DNA of 64,000 nucleotides. Source: Camelus ferus. Its lineage: Eukaryota. A model generated the notes under the pieces. It ran no database searches, had not been told where the DNA came from, and saw only the letters and a program-made list of their open reading frames with translations. This document shows positions 1-13,534 of this stretch, piece after piece (the first letter of the stretch is position 1; each line of letters begins with the position of its first letter). A program made the translations under genes and the position numbers. The stretch lies in assembly GCF_009834535.1 (NCBI RefSeq), contig NC_045707.1, positions 58,158,001-58,222,000 of the forward strand, in the 5' to 3' direction.

Positions 1-435
1 TCCATCAGCTGATGAATAGATAAGCAAAATGTGGTATATCGTGTAACGGAATATTATTCAGTAATGAAAAAGAACAAAGTTGTGATACATGCTACATGAA
101 TGAACCTTGAAAAAAAATACACAGTGAAAGAAGCCAGTCACAAAGGACCATGTATTGTATGATTCCATTTATATGAAATGTCGAGAGTAGGAAAATGTGT
201 AGTATCAGGAAGTAGGTTAGTGATCGCTTCAGACGGGGAGTGGGAGGGATAGCGCAAGTGGAGAGGGGACTGATAATAATGAGTGTCATTTCTTTTGGGG
301 GTGATGAAAATGTTCTAAAATTGATTGTTTTAATGACTGTAAATCTCTGAAACATACTAAAAATCGTTGGATTGTATACTTTAAATGGGTGACTTCTGTG
401 TGAATTATATCTCAGTAAAGGTGTTACCAAAAAAA
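1..435 (+). mobile_element. Old LINE-1 3' end (L1MB-like)
   Basis: Typical L1M 3' UTR phrases (gatgaatagataagcaaaatgtggtatat, atgattccatttatatgaaatg, gatgaaaatgttctaaaattg) ending in an A tail. Confidence 0.75.
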
Positions 436-631
436 GAGTAAGGGGAAATGTATCAGCTGCTCCTCTCTCATATGAATTTCTCATATATCTCCTTCAAATC
501 ATATGTACCATGTTTTATACCTACTATAAAAATGGTATCTAACTTCTTTTTGCCAGAATCATCAAAGGAATTTTATGATTTACTGATTTTTTTTTCTTTT
601 ATCATCACCAACTCCTTTGTTTCCTATTTAG

Positions 632-706
632 GGCCAGACAGCCTTTGATGTAGCAGATGAAGATATTTTAGGATATTTAGAAGAGTTGCAAAAGAAACAA
701 AATCTG
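632..706 (+). CDS. PPP1R12A: MYPT1 exon 6 (GQTAFDVADEDILGYLEELQKKQNL), end of ankyrin region
   Basis: ctatttag|GGC ... CTG|gtatgt; 75 nt, phase 0-0. Confidence 0.95.
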
Positions 707-1299
707 GTATGTTTGCCATGACTGTCCAAAAATTGTCTATATTAGTGAATTCTCTTAATAGCTTTGAATCTCAGTTGAAAAAGTATTTTTGTCCTGTTTT
801 GTAGTGGTAGTGTTTATTTAGCCTTTTGTGTTGTTTATCCCCATCTCTGTAGCCTCCCCTTCCCAAAATAAGTGCTTCTATAATGTGTATGTTCTCATTA
901 ATAACATTTTATAATTTTATAGGAAGGTTTGCTTAGAAGGTAGAGACTGTGAAGTCTCAGATTTCTAAAATAGCAGGCCCTAGATAAGTAAGGTGTTATG
1001 TAACTGGGAAATAGATTTTTAAGTAAAATATCATCAGGCATTCTAAGTGGTTAATGGACCCTGACTTACTCAGGGAACTGAAGTTGGAGGGATTTTAAAA
1101 AATCCAACTTAGTCCTTTATGGAACTTTTAAACTGTAGTCCTTTTTATTCTTTATCCAAACCTTTTTCTTTTCAGGTAAAACTTAAAATATTTTATTTGT
1201 TTTGTTTTCATTTAGTGTTTGAAAAATATTTTGTTACTATTTTAAATTCTGTATTTTACTCATTGTATTCTTATTTTCCTTTGCATAACTTTTATAAAG

Positions 1300-1388
1300 C
1301 TCCATAGTGAAAAACGGGAGAAGAAATCTCCACTAATTGAATCAACAGCCAATATGGACAATAATCAGTCACAGAAGACCTTTAAAAA
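1300..1388 (+). CDS. PPP1R12A: MYPT1 exon 7 (LHSEKREKKSPLIESTANMDNNQSQKTFK)
   Basis: ttataaag|CTC ... AAA|gtaagt; 89 nt, phase 0-2. Confidence 0.95.
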
Positions 1389-1541
1389 GTAAGTAAAATA
1401 TTAAAGTAGGTTTTGTTATTGTTATGAGTGAGTTGGCATGATAGCCATAGACATGATTATTAGATTTGAGGGATCTGGGAAAATTAATGTTTTTTGACTT
1501 TTTGTATTTATAATCATTTGAAGGCTTTGTTCCTTTCACAG

Positions 1542-1699
1542 CAAAGAAACATTGATTATCGAGCCTGAGAAAAATGCGTCCCGTATTGAATCTCTGGAAC
1601 AAGAAAAGGTTGATGATGAAGAAGAAGGAAAGAAAGATGAATCTAGTTGCTCTAGTGAAGAAGATGAGGAAGATGACTCGGAATCAGAAGCTGAAACAG
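1542..1699 (+). CDS. PPP1R12A: MYPT1 exon 8, acidic tract (KETLIIEPEKNASRIESLEQEKVDDEEEGKKDESSCSSEEDEEDDSESEAET)
   Basis: tttcacag|C ... CAG|gtaaaa; 158 nt, phase 2-1. Confidence 0.95.
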
Positions 1700-2139
1700 G
1701 TAAAATTTGAAGGATAAAAAGATTTGCATTGAATTTTGATGCAGTGAGATGAGGTCAGGTTTTAATTTTGAAACATTTCAGATTGATTTGCTACTTGTTA
1801 GGATACCTGTCAAGCCAGGAAACTGCCTTTCAGAGTGTTAGAAATGTAGGTATAGTTTGATTTTACTGTTCTTTAATTACCTGGAGGTTCTTGATCACCT
1901 CTGCATTTTGTTGACCTATATTTTTAGGTTTGAGGAAGGTGAAGAGGCTTCTAATATTCCTTTGGATGGTGCAGATAGGGTGTAAGTGAGTTCCCAGCAA
2001 TTCAGGAATGCTCCTGCTACTTTCTGAGACCCCAGAATCCAGGAAGCTGGTTCCAGCAGCACCCCAAGTATTTCCAAAGTATGCTAAGGTTTTAGAAAGT
2101 TGGGGCTGAGTCAGGATTTTTTCCTGTAGCAACGTGGGG

Positions 2140-2770
2140 AAATTTACTTCATTTTGAGAAATTTTAGATACAGAAAAGTATAGTATAATGAACATTCATA
2201 TTCCAACTACCAGGACTTAACAGCAATATTTGCTTTACATTTTTCTTTTAATAAAGCTGAAACATTACAGTGGTCTTCTTTAACCATCAGCCCTAGTCTA
2301 CTTCTCTTTCCTTTCTTTCCAAAATCACTGTCGTGAGTCTTTTTCTGAATCTTCTAGTCCATTTTTATACTCTTATCTTACATTCAGAAATAATAAACAA
2401 TAATTATAAGGTTTTGTGTTTTTATTTTATATGTTAGGAGTTGTTATGCAACTTGCTTGCTTTCACTTAAGTTATATTTTTTAGATTTATTCATATCTAT
2501 CTATATCTTTATGTATGTGACTTCTCCCTTTAGCTGCTGTATAGTATTCATTAAATACATTAATTTCCCTTTTGATAAAAATTTACCTTATTCCCAGTGT
2601 TTTGTTGCTGTAAGTAATGCTACAGTGATCATTTTATAATTGCTTCCCTGTGTATATGTGCAAGATTCTCTGATAAACTTAAAAATTGAATTATTGAGTC
2701 ACATTTTCAATTTTCATAGATGCTGCCAAATTTCTTTTTAAAGTCCCTATCACAATTTACATTCTTTTCC
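2140..2770 (-). mobile_element. Degenerate old LINE-1 (L1ME-like) fragment
   Basis: Reverse-orientation L1 3' region motifs (gctgctgtatagtattcatt, gatgctgccaaatt); boundaries approximate. Confidence 0.5.
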
Positions 2771-2888
2771 TTGTTTTTAATCTGGGATATGGCTTCTTCA
2801 TTTTTTCCTCTGGCTCACATGTTTTTATAGATTTTGTTTACCAGATTCCTTTTATTCTGTATCAGCTAATCACTCAAAACAAGAGATT

Positions 2889-3245
2889 CCATTGTGCTCT
2901 ACACAAGAAATTGACACATTGTAACCGACACATTGTAACTTCAATAAAATAAATAAAATAAAATAAAATAGGTTATCTGCAAATCTCGAATTTGCAATAC
3001 TAACTAATATATAAAAAATAGATAACAGGTTTATACTGTATAGCATAGGGAATTATATTCAATATCTTGTAGTAACTTATGGTGAAAAAGAATATGAAAA
3101 CGAATGTATATATATGTTCATGTATGCCTGAAGCATTATGCTGTACACCAGAAAGTGACACATTGTAAACTGACTGTATTTCAGTAAAGATAGATATATG
3201 CAAACAAAAAAAATTAAAGTAAAAAAACAAAAAAACAAAAAAACC
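2889..3245 (+). mobile_element. Younger artiodactyl/camelid LINE-1 3' ends (two adjacent fragments)
   Basis: actgtatagcatagggaa...gctgtacaccagaaa..gacacattgtaaactgac followed by an A-rich tail; same family seen at 11324 and 26200. Confidence 0.75.
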
Positions 3246-6200
3246 CTACGAGATTCCCGTGTTGCCATCTTTGAATTGTATAACCTGACACTTTAACATA
3301 CAAATTTATCAGAAAAAGTATTTCATTTCTATTAAGATTTTTATCAATAAAAAACTGTCATCATTATCAGGACCATGGTGGTCATTGATAAACAGAAATG
3401 GAGCCCTAATATTTCTTGAACTCTCCATATTTCCTCTAGACACAACAACAGTTTTGAATCAGTTTATTTTTACTCACTCTGCAAAATATTTTCTCTAAGA
3501 TGTGAGAAGCTAAAGATTACTAAATAAACATGTCAAGGAACGTACTGATAATTCTGTTTCCCATTGAAAACAAGATTTTGCTAAACAGGTAGAGGCTAGT
3601 TTTGTTGCCAGGTGATGTGTTATGGATTTCTTTATTTTCCTAAAACTTACTTATCCTACGAGTAAATTATTTTTCAATAATACATGAAGAGTTTTTGAGG
3701 TCTGTAAATGGCTGGATTCTAATCACTTAGTGATTTAATTTTTTATTTATTATTGCTGTCACATTGCTGGTCAGGTGAGTCAGCATATCTTTTGCCTTGA
3801 TGAGACAGTAATATGGGTAAAATTGGAAGCTAGAGCAACAGGTGTTCATTGAATATTATAATTTATTTTTGTATCATGCTTATTAAAATATTTTTAATTA
3901 GAAAAGCAAATTGTATGAGAATCGGCATGTTTAGTGTTTTAAGAATTGATTCATGTAATTGTAAATATGGGTAAATTTTAATCTTAGATTTCTCTGTGAA
4001 ATCAAGATAATAACACGTACTTTACATAGATACTATATAAGAATCAATTGCTTGGTAATATATGTTAGCTTTCATATAATAATTATATAAAGTTAAAGTC
4101 TTCTAATTTAAATATGATTAATATACAGGCTGACCTAATAGCAGTTCAGTTAAATTTACTCAGTTCATTTGCAAGATGAAGTGATATCATTAAAATTTAA
4201 ATTAACTCAGATACTTTTGCAAGTATTTATTTTTATGTAGTTATTCTCCTCTTGTGAGACATGCCTTGACTCTCAGTCTCTAGTAAAATATATCATTACA
4301 AATCAAACTATATGCACATGTGCACACAAAAGCCAGAACTAGCACCCAGATCTCCTAACTCATGTAGTAAAATTCAAGAACTTGAAGTCCAGATATCTCA
4401 TAGAGATTTCTGAGATCTTATTCTCTGATTTTTTTCTTAATTTCTTAATTTAAAACGAAAAAGGACTTCAGATTTACGCCAGTCTTGTCACTAACTAGCA
4501 AGTCTCCTGACCCCTTTTGGTGAAAATTTCTTGCTTGTAAATTGTACTGGATGATCTGGAAAGTTCTTTAAACTCTTCTGTTCTATAAATATGAATATAG
4601 CTAATTACCATCAAATTATATTTCATTAGTTCCCAGTTTGGAGTTTAAGTGTACCAATCACTCTCTGCTCAGAGTCTCAGTGATCTAACTTTAAATGTTC
4701 CTCTGAAGCATTGTACTAAGTGAATTTTGTTCTTCCTGTTGCTAGTAGCCAGTTGTGCCAGGAAAATTTGACTGTCTCAAGAATTAATCCGTGTAGAGAC
4801 TATGTGGTTCCTTCTCTCTCACTCTTTCAATATCAAGACTTTATCATACTTTATTTGGCAAGCTTGAGAAAGTAGCCATTTCTCTGTAGAGCTACGGCTT
4901 GATTTGACTATTTCTCAACTGTTTCTTTTAGTAAGGTTATTTCCTTGGGAAACTATTTGTTGTTAAATAACCATTTGCTGAATTTCCTTTCATAAATTGT
5001 TTACTAGACCGTATTTAATCACTGTTCTTTTTTGTAAATCAGATGAAAATGAAAACTTAACCAAAAGTTTAATTTCCTTCCTGATGATTTATAAATTTGA
5101 GAGGTAGTTGAGGGAATGAGGAAAGGGAAACGTAGTTTTGCTTTTAGGTATTTTTTTTTCCTCTAGAGGATGAAGTTTTTATTCTTCATTGAAATCAAAT
5201 GGTTAGAAGGACTTAATAGCTTGATAACGCTTACCTAAGTCGGATGATGGACACCTGGGGTTTGTTTCATTATTCTTAAACAAATCATAAATGTTTGCAT
5301 ACATACATACATATTCTTTGGTGTATAGATTTCACTAATATAAAACAAATTTTTAAGCCAAGAGAAAATTGGGGTAAAAGGAGAAAATAAAATGAAAAAA
5401 AATCTTTTGAACTTTATTATTTATTTTCCTCCTGCTAGGCTGTAAAATTACTCAGTTAAGATATTTTGTGTTTTCATTGACTGATATATCCTCAGTACCT
5501 AGGACAGTATTTAAGATATGGAGACACTTAATAAATATTCATTGAACTACTCGCTTCAATTAAATGGATTGTTTTCCTAGGAAGAGGGTCTAATTAGGGT
5601 GTGCAGGGTTTGTACTTAACTGTGCTGAATAGACTTAGCTTCTGTTGGATGTGAAGAGGCATTTAACAATGAGAATAAAGTTTGTTACACCGAGTTTAGC
5701 TCATTCAGTTTATTTGAAAAAAACAAGGTTATAGTGATTTTTAAACGTGTCAGTTTTGCCTTGTCCTTTGGTACAGTTTGAGGTTATGCTTTTCGCCCTA
5801 TTAACATCTTACAGATGTTTTCTTAGTCACAAATAGAACTAAATGAATCATTGCAACTTCAGAGTTGTTGGTGGGAAGTTTGCACTTGCCCTAAAGATAA
5901 GGATATGTTAGTTTTGCCTACTTACCAAGTATAACAGTATACAATAATGATAAGGTGGAAGATTCCTTTGGAAAACTGACCTTAAAAAGGGAGAAAGGTA
6001 GTATAAGGAAAATGAATATCTCATAGAGCTTTAAAAGCAGTATATTTCTTCCCAAAAGTATAGAAAGATACCTGTTCTACCCCATTTTGAAACCAAAGGA
6101 ATACTTTAAAACTAGATAAAATGACTTGACCATTTGAAAAGTGAATTCTTCTAGCCTATTTATAAATGACAGTTAATTTAAATATTTACATCTACATGAC

Positions 6201-6878
6201 TGTTTTGCTAAAAAGCCAATTTGATTTACATTTTCAAATATAGTCTGAGTTTTTTCTGATACTTCAAAAAGTTTTTTCTAAGTAATCGATTACTAGTTAG
6301 AAATTGTCTTGATACATTGTGAAAAGAGATTTAATCTAACTTAGCTGATATTTTGTCTTTTTAAGGGTAAGAAAAATGCTCTTTGTGATATTTTAAGTGT
6401 GCTGTTTGACAGGAATATAAGTGATTATTAACAAAAAGCACTTTTAGACTTTCTGTAATAAAGAGGAGCTGTCAGTTTTTTAAGGTAACCAATGTAAGTT
6501 GTTTATCCATTATAAAACTGCATAGCTCTTACGTTTTTAAAGATACATTCATGCATTCATTTTAAATATTAATTTTAAAATACTTAAAAATTTATGCAGT
6601 GGTAAAAGTATACAAGTCAGATTTTATTTGTGCTTTTTATTCTTAAAAGCCTGGTTGTATGTCATATTTTTATTTATGTCTCATACATACTGAGACATTT
6701 CTGGAAACTGAAAAATTCACTTGTTAAAAGGGATAATAGTGGGGAAAGGCTTTGAATTAACAAAACCTTAAACAAAAATACAATATAAAATACTATTTTT
6801 TAATACCATTGAAAGTGAATTCATATAGAATCTTGACTCTTAATGTTTTTTTTCTTTTTCTTTTTCTTTTTTCTAAAG

Positions 6879-7003
6879 ATAAGACAAAACTGATGGCTTC
6901 TGTAACTAGTGCCAATACTTCTAGTACACAAACAGCTCCTGTAGCTGTTACAACACCTACTGTGTCATCTGGTCAGGCAACACCTACGTCACCTATTAAA
7001 AAG
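6879..7003 (+). CDS. PPP1R12A: MYPT1 exon 9 (DKTKLMASVTSANTSSTQTAPVAVTTPTVSSGQATPTSPIKK)
   Basis: Long polypyrimidine tract, ctaaag|AT ... AAG|gtaagc; 125 nt, phase 1-0; overlaps ORF 6809..7027. Confidence 0.95.
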
Positions 7004-9289
7004 GTAAGCCAAAATTATGTTCGCTAAAAATAAATGCATTCTGCTTATTCCATTTGAGATAAAGCATTAAGACAGTTCTAAATTTTTATAGTTTATTACA
7101 GACATATGTAAGGTTTAGAGTAACATATTGTTCTTTCTTTTATTTTACTGCAGTTTCCTCTGAGCCTATTACAGTCTTTTTTTAAAAATACTTTTTGCAA
7201 TTGGTATAGTTGATTGTTAACAAATGGAAAGATAACAGATAAAGTTTTTCATATGAGAAATTAATGATCATGGTAGTTTTTATTTCCATTGAACTTTTGA
7301 GGAACACGGGTTTTATACCCTTGGTTTCTGTTAAGTAAAGGTGCATTTTGATCATTTCACACGTGTATAAGTTAAGCACAAAAGTACTACCGCAAGTCAT
7401 TGAGAGTACTGAAATCTAGATTTTCTAATTTGATTACAAAGCACCAGGCATGTCAGAACAGAGATCAGCTCCTGACCCCGCCTTTTGTTAGTTGTTATGA
7501 CCTTTAGCAGGTTACTTTATGACCTTTAGTAAGTTACCGTCTTCCTTATCTGTTCTCCCCAAAAAAAGGGGACAAAACAAAAACAATAAATAAGGAGAGA
7601 AAATACGTTAGCATCGTAAGCATTCATTGAGAGAGAGAGCTGGGCTAGTGACTTAAGTGCTCCCAGAATGTTAACTTCCTTTCTTCCTCTTCTGTCTTAC
7701 TCTGTTCTCCACTTGTTCTTCATCCTTCTTACTTTCTTTTCTCGACTAAACTGCTTTCCAACTAGTGTGTTGATCTTTTCAAAGACTTGCTTTTCCTGCT
7801 GTCTCAGAACCTATACTTCTTTTAACCCAAATTAAAGATTGAGTTTTGTTGTCTGGGGTTTTTTGGTTTTGGTTTTTTTTTTTAACCTGTTGGTCTCTTT
7901 TTAAAGGCTTCTCCCCACCAGCCCTGACTTTGCTTTCACGAACAAACTATTTCTCTCTCTGTGTGTCACACACATACATACACACACGCATGCACGCACA
8001 CTTTTTTTCAGGAACCGCTTAAGAATTGACTGCTTTCTCTGTAACACTTTTCCCCTAAATATGTGAGTATGTATTTCCTGGGTACAAAGGCATTATCCTC
8101 CATTCTCACTCTAAAATCATCATACTTAGGAAATTTAACTTTGATATAATACTATTATTTATGTTCACTAATATACAGACCCTACTCAGAATTTTTCCAG
8201 TTGTCCTAGTAACAGTCTTTCTAGCTGTTTGATTTTTCGTAGTAAGGGCCCACTCACAGACTGCACATTGTGTTTAGTTGTCGTGTCTCTGCCTTTGGAC
8301 TTATTTTGTTGCTTGTCTGACATTATTTGGTTTGCATGAATTTGAGGACTGATTTTAAATCCCCACAATGTTTCTATTATATTGTCAGTCTTGCTAATCT
8401 TTGGATTTGGTTCCAGGTGGTTTAAATTTGAACTTTTTAAAATCATAAACTAGATAAGTTCTTTAAAATCCATACTTTTAGTAATAATCCTCCTCTAAAA
8501 TTCTTCTAAAGTATGAATTCTTAATGGTAGGTATGTATGAATTTCATTGGTATAGTTTGAATATCAGGAAACTCTATAAAATGAGTTATCTTACCTTCTG
8601 CATTCTAGAACCAGGAGCTTCTTGAATTCAGTTAGAACCCATATATTCAAGTAGTCGTAATTTTATGTACTTTAAAATAAAATTCTCCCAAAGCAATCTG
8701 TCCACAAAATTTTCGGGACAGTTACCCTGCTGTAACTAGTATCACCATGAGCTGCTTTAACTAAAGCTTTATTTCATTCTAGAACTCTTTTGTATTTCTT
8801 CAGTGAATACTGAACTTTAGCTTTTTTGATTTATTATCTGTTAGAACTGCAGGATTATCAAAAGTTCCCAAAAGCTCCTTCCCTCTTGAATATCTGGCCA
8901 GGATACCGACTGTCACTCTTCTGAGTATTTAGCTAAGCAGTCTCTTTCATACTGTAGTCAGATAATTAAAATAGAATTCTTATGATCAGTGATATACTTC
9001 TCAGGTGTACCCATAGATTTATGACAATTTGCTTTTCATTTTATACCAACTGCCCTTAAAGCAAATGCTTAAAACCCTGTTAGGTTAGTGGGTCAATAAT
9101 GTCTTTGCTATGAAAATTCTTATTCAGAATTACTTGTGATTCTATAATTAAATTGATATAATGACAACTATCTTCTTCTCTACTTTGCATATTTAGAAAT
9201 TCCGTTTTGTTCTTAATTTCAAGCATCATAACTTACTTTAAAGATTATATTATTTCAGTTTTTGTTCTTAAAGTTTTGTAGCTAATTTT

Positions 9290-9375
9290 TTTTTGTAATG
9301 GAGGTACCAAGGGTTGAACCCAGGACCTTGTGCATGCTAAGCATGCATTCTAACACTGAGCCATACCCACTCCCC
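9290..9375 (-). mobile_element. tRNA-Ala-derived SINE (Vic-1-like, camelid)
   Basis: Reverse complement ggggagtgggtatggctcagtgttagaatgcatgcttagcatgcacaaggtcctgggttcaacc; imperfect TSD tgtagc(t/c)aa. Confidence 0.85.
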
Positions 9376-9761
9376 TGTAGCCAAATTTTATTCAAAGCAA
9401 TAAAGTTATGGTGCACACACAGAAAAAATGAAGTATTTTTTTTAATGGATTGTAGCAGTTTTCTTATCAATATTGTATGACTTTTAAAGCCTATTATCCT
9501 GTTCAGTGATACTTCTATTTAATTTTGCATTTTAGCTTTTAAAATTTGTTTCAAGATTTTTGCTATAACTTAGAGACCTAATACAAATTTCCTTAGATGA
9601 ATTGTTAATTTGTATATGCATCATAAAATGTAAATGCATACAGTTACAAAATTGTAATTAAAAGTCCTATTTTGGGGTTGTCACTCACCACTCTTCTAAT
9701 ATTTAGACGAAGTTATTTTAAGTTCTCTAACTTTCTTCACCAGTGCACAAACTATATATAA

Positions 9762-9764
<3 letters not shown>

Positions 9765-9797
<33 letters not shown>

Positions 9798-9804
9798 GCA
9801 CACT
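9765..9804. repeat. (CA)n microsatellite
   Basis: Direct reading. Confidence 0.95.
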
Positions 9805-10379
9805 CACTGGCAAAGAATAGATCACGAAACAGGAAGCTCTGAAACAGTATTGTTCTGTATTCTGTAATATATTCTAAACTTATATGCTGTAATAACTCAT
9901 GATAACTACAGTTGTATTCACTTTAAATGATCTCTTAAGTTCTTAACTCTTCAGCTCAAATTAAAGAACTATTTCTGTAGAAACGAGATCAGGCCTATGA
10001 TTTGTGGGTATATTATCTATAAAACTATTAGTTTAATCTTATGATTTATTTTAACTAAGTGATAAGTTTATAGCATTATTTAACTTACAGTAAGTTAAAT
10101 AATATAAATTTTGTATTAAAATTTTAACTAACAATAAGCTTATTGTTAGTTAAAGTTTTAACTAACAATAAGTTTAACTAACAATGTTTATATAACTCTC
10201 TAGTCAAAATAATATTGTTGGAATCTCTGAAAAAGATTACCTACTCTGCTGTATGCACATACGTTTCTTTAAGTGTAAACTGTATTTTCTTTACCAGATG
10301 ATAGAAATTCAGAATTTTCTTGAAATTAATGTTCTGGCTAATTGAACCTAATTATTAAGCATAATAAAATTTAATAAAA

Positions 10380-11300
10380 GACTGCTATGTGCTATGGGTG
10401 TATGAAGTGTGTAATTGTAGAATGATGGTTTTAAAATGGAAGAAAGCATTTTTGATTTGAGGTAATAGAATCAGAACATTTGAGATAGATCTTGAAGAAT
10501 GAGCAGGTGGTATTTGACCTAACAGAGGAGAGTTTGTATAGTTTGTTGAAAGAGAGAGAAGAGAGACAATGTGAGCAAAGTAGGGGGATAATGTGGAGTA
10601 TTTTGCAGGAAAAATGAGTTGTCTAGTTTGGTTACCTTATAGGGCACATAAACAAAGTAAAACAGGAAAGGGGGAGCCAAACTTTGTAATGTTTTCATTC
10701 TATGGTAACATTTTTGTAATTTGATAGGTAGAACAGATTCATAGAAGTTGTTTGAAGCAGGCCATGAGAGAATTAGTCTTTATAGAATATTTTTCAGGCA
10801 GCAATGTACAGGGTGTATTTGAAGGTGAGAGGCTGATTGAGAGAAGGTTTATTAGAAGGTCATTGAAGTTGCCCAGCATGAGAAGAATATAAACCAGATA
10901 AGTGGCAGTGGTCTTACAAAGGGAAGGAGGAGAATTAGGGACTGGGACTTAATTTGTAGGTGGAGGAAGATAACAGAGAAAAAGTCTAACATGACTGTGA
11001 AGTTTAAAATTTAGAGGACTGAAGAGATTACTAGTGCCAGTAACAGAAATAGGGAACTGAGGAAGATCTGGTTTGGAAATAAAGATACTTGATTTTACAC
11101 ATGTTGAGTTTCAGGTTCCAATTATAGTTCTAGATAGTTCATTCTACAGGTAAATAGAAATTCAGGGCTAAAAATTTAGGAGTCAGATTGAGCTGGAGAA
11201 TAACAAATTTGAGAATAAGCTGAATATAATTAATATTTTCCCTGAGGATATAAAGAAGACCCTACTCCCAACACTCAGGAGAAGAAAGTGTAAAGAGAAG
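10380..11300. mobile_element. LINE-2 remnants
   Basis: Purine-rich L2-type phrases (gagatagatcttgaagaatgagcagg, acatgttgagtttcagg); boundaries approximate. Confidence 0.55.
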
Positions 11301-11323
11301 ATAGGAGATCTGAGAAGAGACTT

Positions 11324-11497
11324 TTTTTAATTGACATATAGTCAGTTTACAATGTTGTGTCAATTTCTGGTGTACAGCATAATAATCCAGTCATACATAT
11401 ACATACGTATATATTTGTTTCATATTCTTTTTCATTGTAGGTTACTATATTATATATAGTTCCCTGTGCTATGCAGTATAAATTTGTTGTTTATCCG
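11324..11497 (-). mobile_element. Younger LINE-1 3' end with target-site duplication
   Basis: TSD tgagaa(g/c)agactt at 11311-11323 and 11498-11510; reverse complement of the family at 3000-3245. Confidence 0.85.
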
Positions 11498-12016
11498 TGA
11501 GAACAGACTTGTGGAGAGCTTATGTTGCAGGGCTGTGACAAAGTTGCAACCGCAAACAAGCAAAAGGCCAAGAAAGAGTGTGATCAGAAGAATAAGAAAG
11601 TCAAAATAGTGTTGTTTATAAAAAGCAAAAGAAGAGTTTCAGTGATTAGGTATACTTGAGTTTTTCAGAGAGATTCATTTATACACCAGAAATTGAAAGC
11701 ATAAACCAGTACTTAAGTCCAGTTTCACGTTAGGCAGAGAGGAAGTATATTAGTCATTACAGTGCAACAAATAGCCATTTCAAAATTGATAATACTTCCT
11801 CACTTTTGTCAACTCTAAAATAATAGTATATCATTGGGTGGTTGTAGGATTAAATGAGGTATAACCTGTATGAAGCACTTAGCTTATGGCTTGACATGAG
11901 TAAACTTTTGCTGCAAGTTAGCTTCTGTTGTCATATTCAGTAAGTGTTACCTGCTGTCTGACTATTTTGTTACAGAAGGATAACATTCGTTTCTAATTTG
12001 GGGGAGGTCCTGGGCC

Positions 12017-12347
12017 AGGGAGGTACTGGCAAACTGTGGTCTCTGGACAAAGCTGGCTCACTAGCTGTTTTGTACAGCCTGCGAGTTAGAGTGGTTTAAT
12101 ATTTTTAAATGGTTGGCGGAGGCAGGGAGGGATCAAAAGAAGACGGGTATTTTGTAACACAGATTCACATTTCATTGCCCCTAAATAAAGTTTTATTGTA
12201 ACACAGCCATGTTCATTCACCTGTGTATTTCCCATGGCTAGTTTTGTGCTACAACAGCGTAGATGAGTAGTTACAACAGAGAATCTATGGTCTGCAAAGC
12301 CTAAAATGTACATTCTGGCCCTTTACAGAAAGATTGGCCAGCCTCTG
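12017..12347. mobile_element. hAT-Charlie MITE (MER58-like)
   Basis: Characteristic ctggcaaact..., taaataaagttttattg..acacagcc and ctggccctttacagaaa..ttggccagcctctg termini. Confidence 0.8.
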
Positions 12348-13534
12348 TTCTTGAGTGCTGTGACTTTAAACTCTGCAATCAGTAACCAGTCATCCCAGTG
12401 CCTATCATAGTGCATAAAATATCACAGAGGTTCCTGACCTTCTCAGTTAGTGGAGACCCTAGCGTTTTATTAATTTTTCTTCACAGTGCCATTTGGCCAA
12501 AAGAAATGCCTATTTGTTTGATTTATTAAGTAGTTAGGTATAAGCATGTTAATAATGACATTTTGTGTGGTGTCCAACAGATGTCACTGTGCTTCTCTCA
12601 AAACTTGAAAATATCCCACAGCGCCCCTGTGACTTTGTTCTTGTGCCCTGAAATGTCTCAGTACACATTTTTGGGGACTGTGAAATGCTGTTTATCTTGA
12701 GTCTTTTTTCGACCCTATTGATAGGAATTAATTATTTGAAAGTACTGGAGGTATCTTGTAATAGTTTTGTCTATGAAGTAACCTCCAACATCCTGGGTAC
12801 TTTTAACAAACTCTATTAAACTACTTAGTATGGCAAATTTTGGCAATAATTGTGAAAGAAAGGTTGTTTTCTTTTTTTCTTTTTTAATTATCCATATCCT
12901 ATGCTGAAGCAACTAGTTAGTTGCTCTATTCACCATCGATATTTAACTGTGGTTGAATATTTAAACTCTGTAAGTGAAGGTGATGAAGTGAACTAGTTAA
13001 AGATAACAGATGTTTCATTTTCAGGGCTGTTGGAAAACCCTGAAAATGAAATAAATATTTGTACAAAAACAGTTTTTGGTTGAAATGTTCAATATTTGGT
13101 GGAAAAATCAAACAGTAAATTTAAGACTGTGATATTTAAAATATTACTGAATTAAATATTATCATTAGAAGTGTATTATTATTTTTCTGTTGATGATGCT
13201 GGACATAAAAACTTTTAACCTAAATATATATATGAATAAAACCAAAATTCCAAGTGCAGTAGTTTATTCACTCCCATACTATAATATTATCTTTTCTGTG
13301 TGCCTTTAACTGGTCTCGAAGTTTCTCTGTTAGATTGTTTTAGATTCTCTCATACAGAAATGGAACTTGTCCCCAGGGACTTTTGAAAATCAGATCATTA
13401 CCCAGTTATTGGGTTTTAATTTATTATAAAGTTCTTTTAAAAAGGAAAAAAATGTGTTTTGTTCATAACTTCCTTTTCTGTTTTCATACTTTCAATCTTT
13501 ATCTCTTTACCTGTCTTATTTTAATTGGCTTTAG

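Noticed and set aside
92..484. 130-aa minus-strand ORF
   Set aside because: Antisense reading of an L1 3' UTR fragment
1863..2195. 110-aa minus-strand ORF
   Set aside because: Starts within a degenerate L1; no recognisable domain and no supporting gene structure
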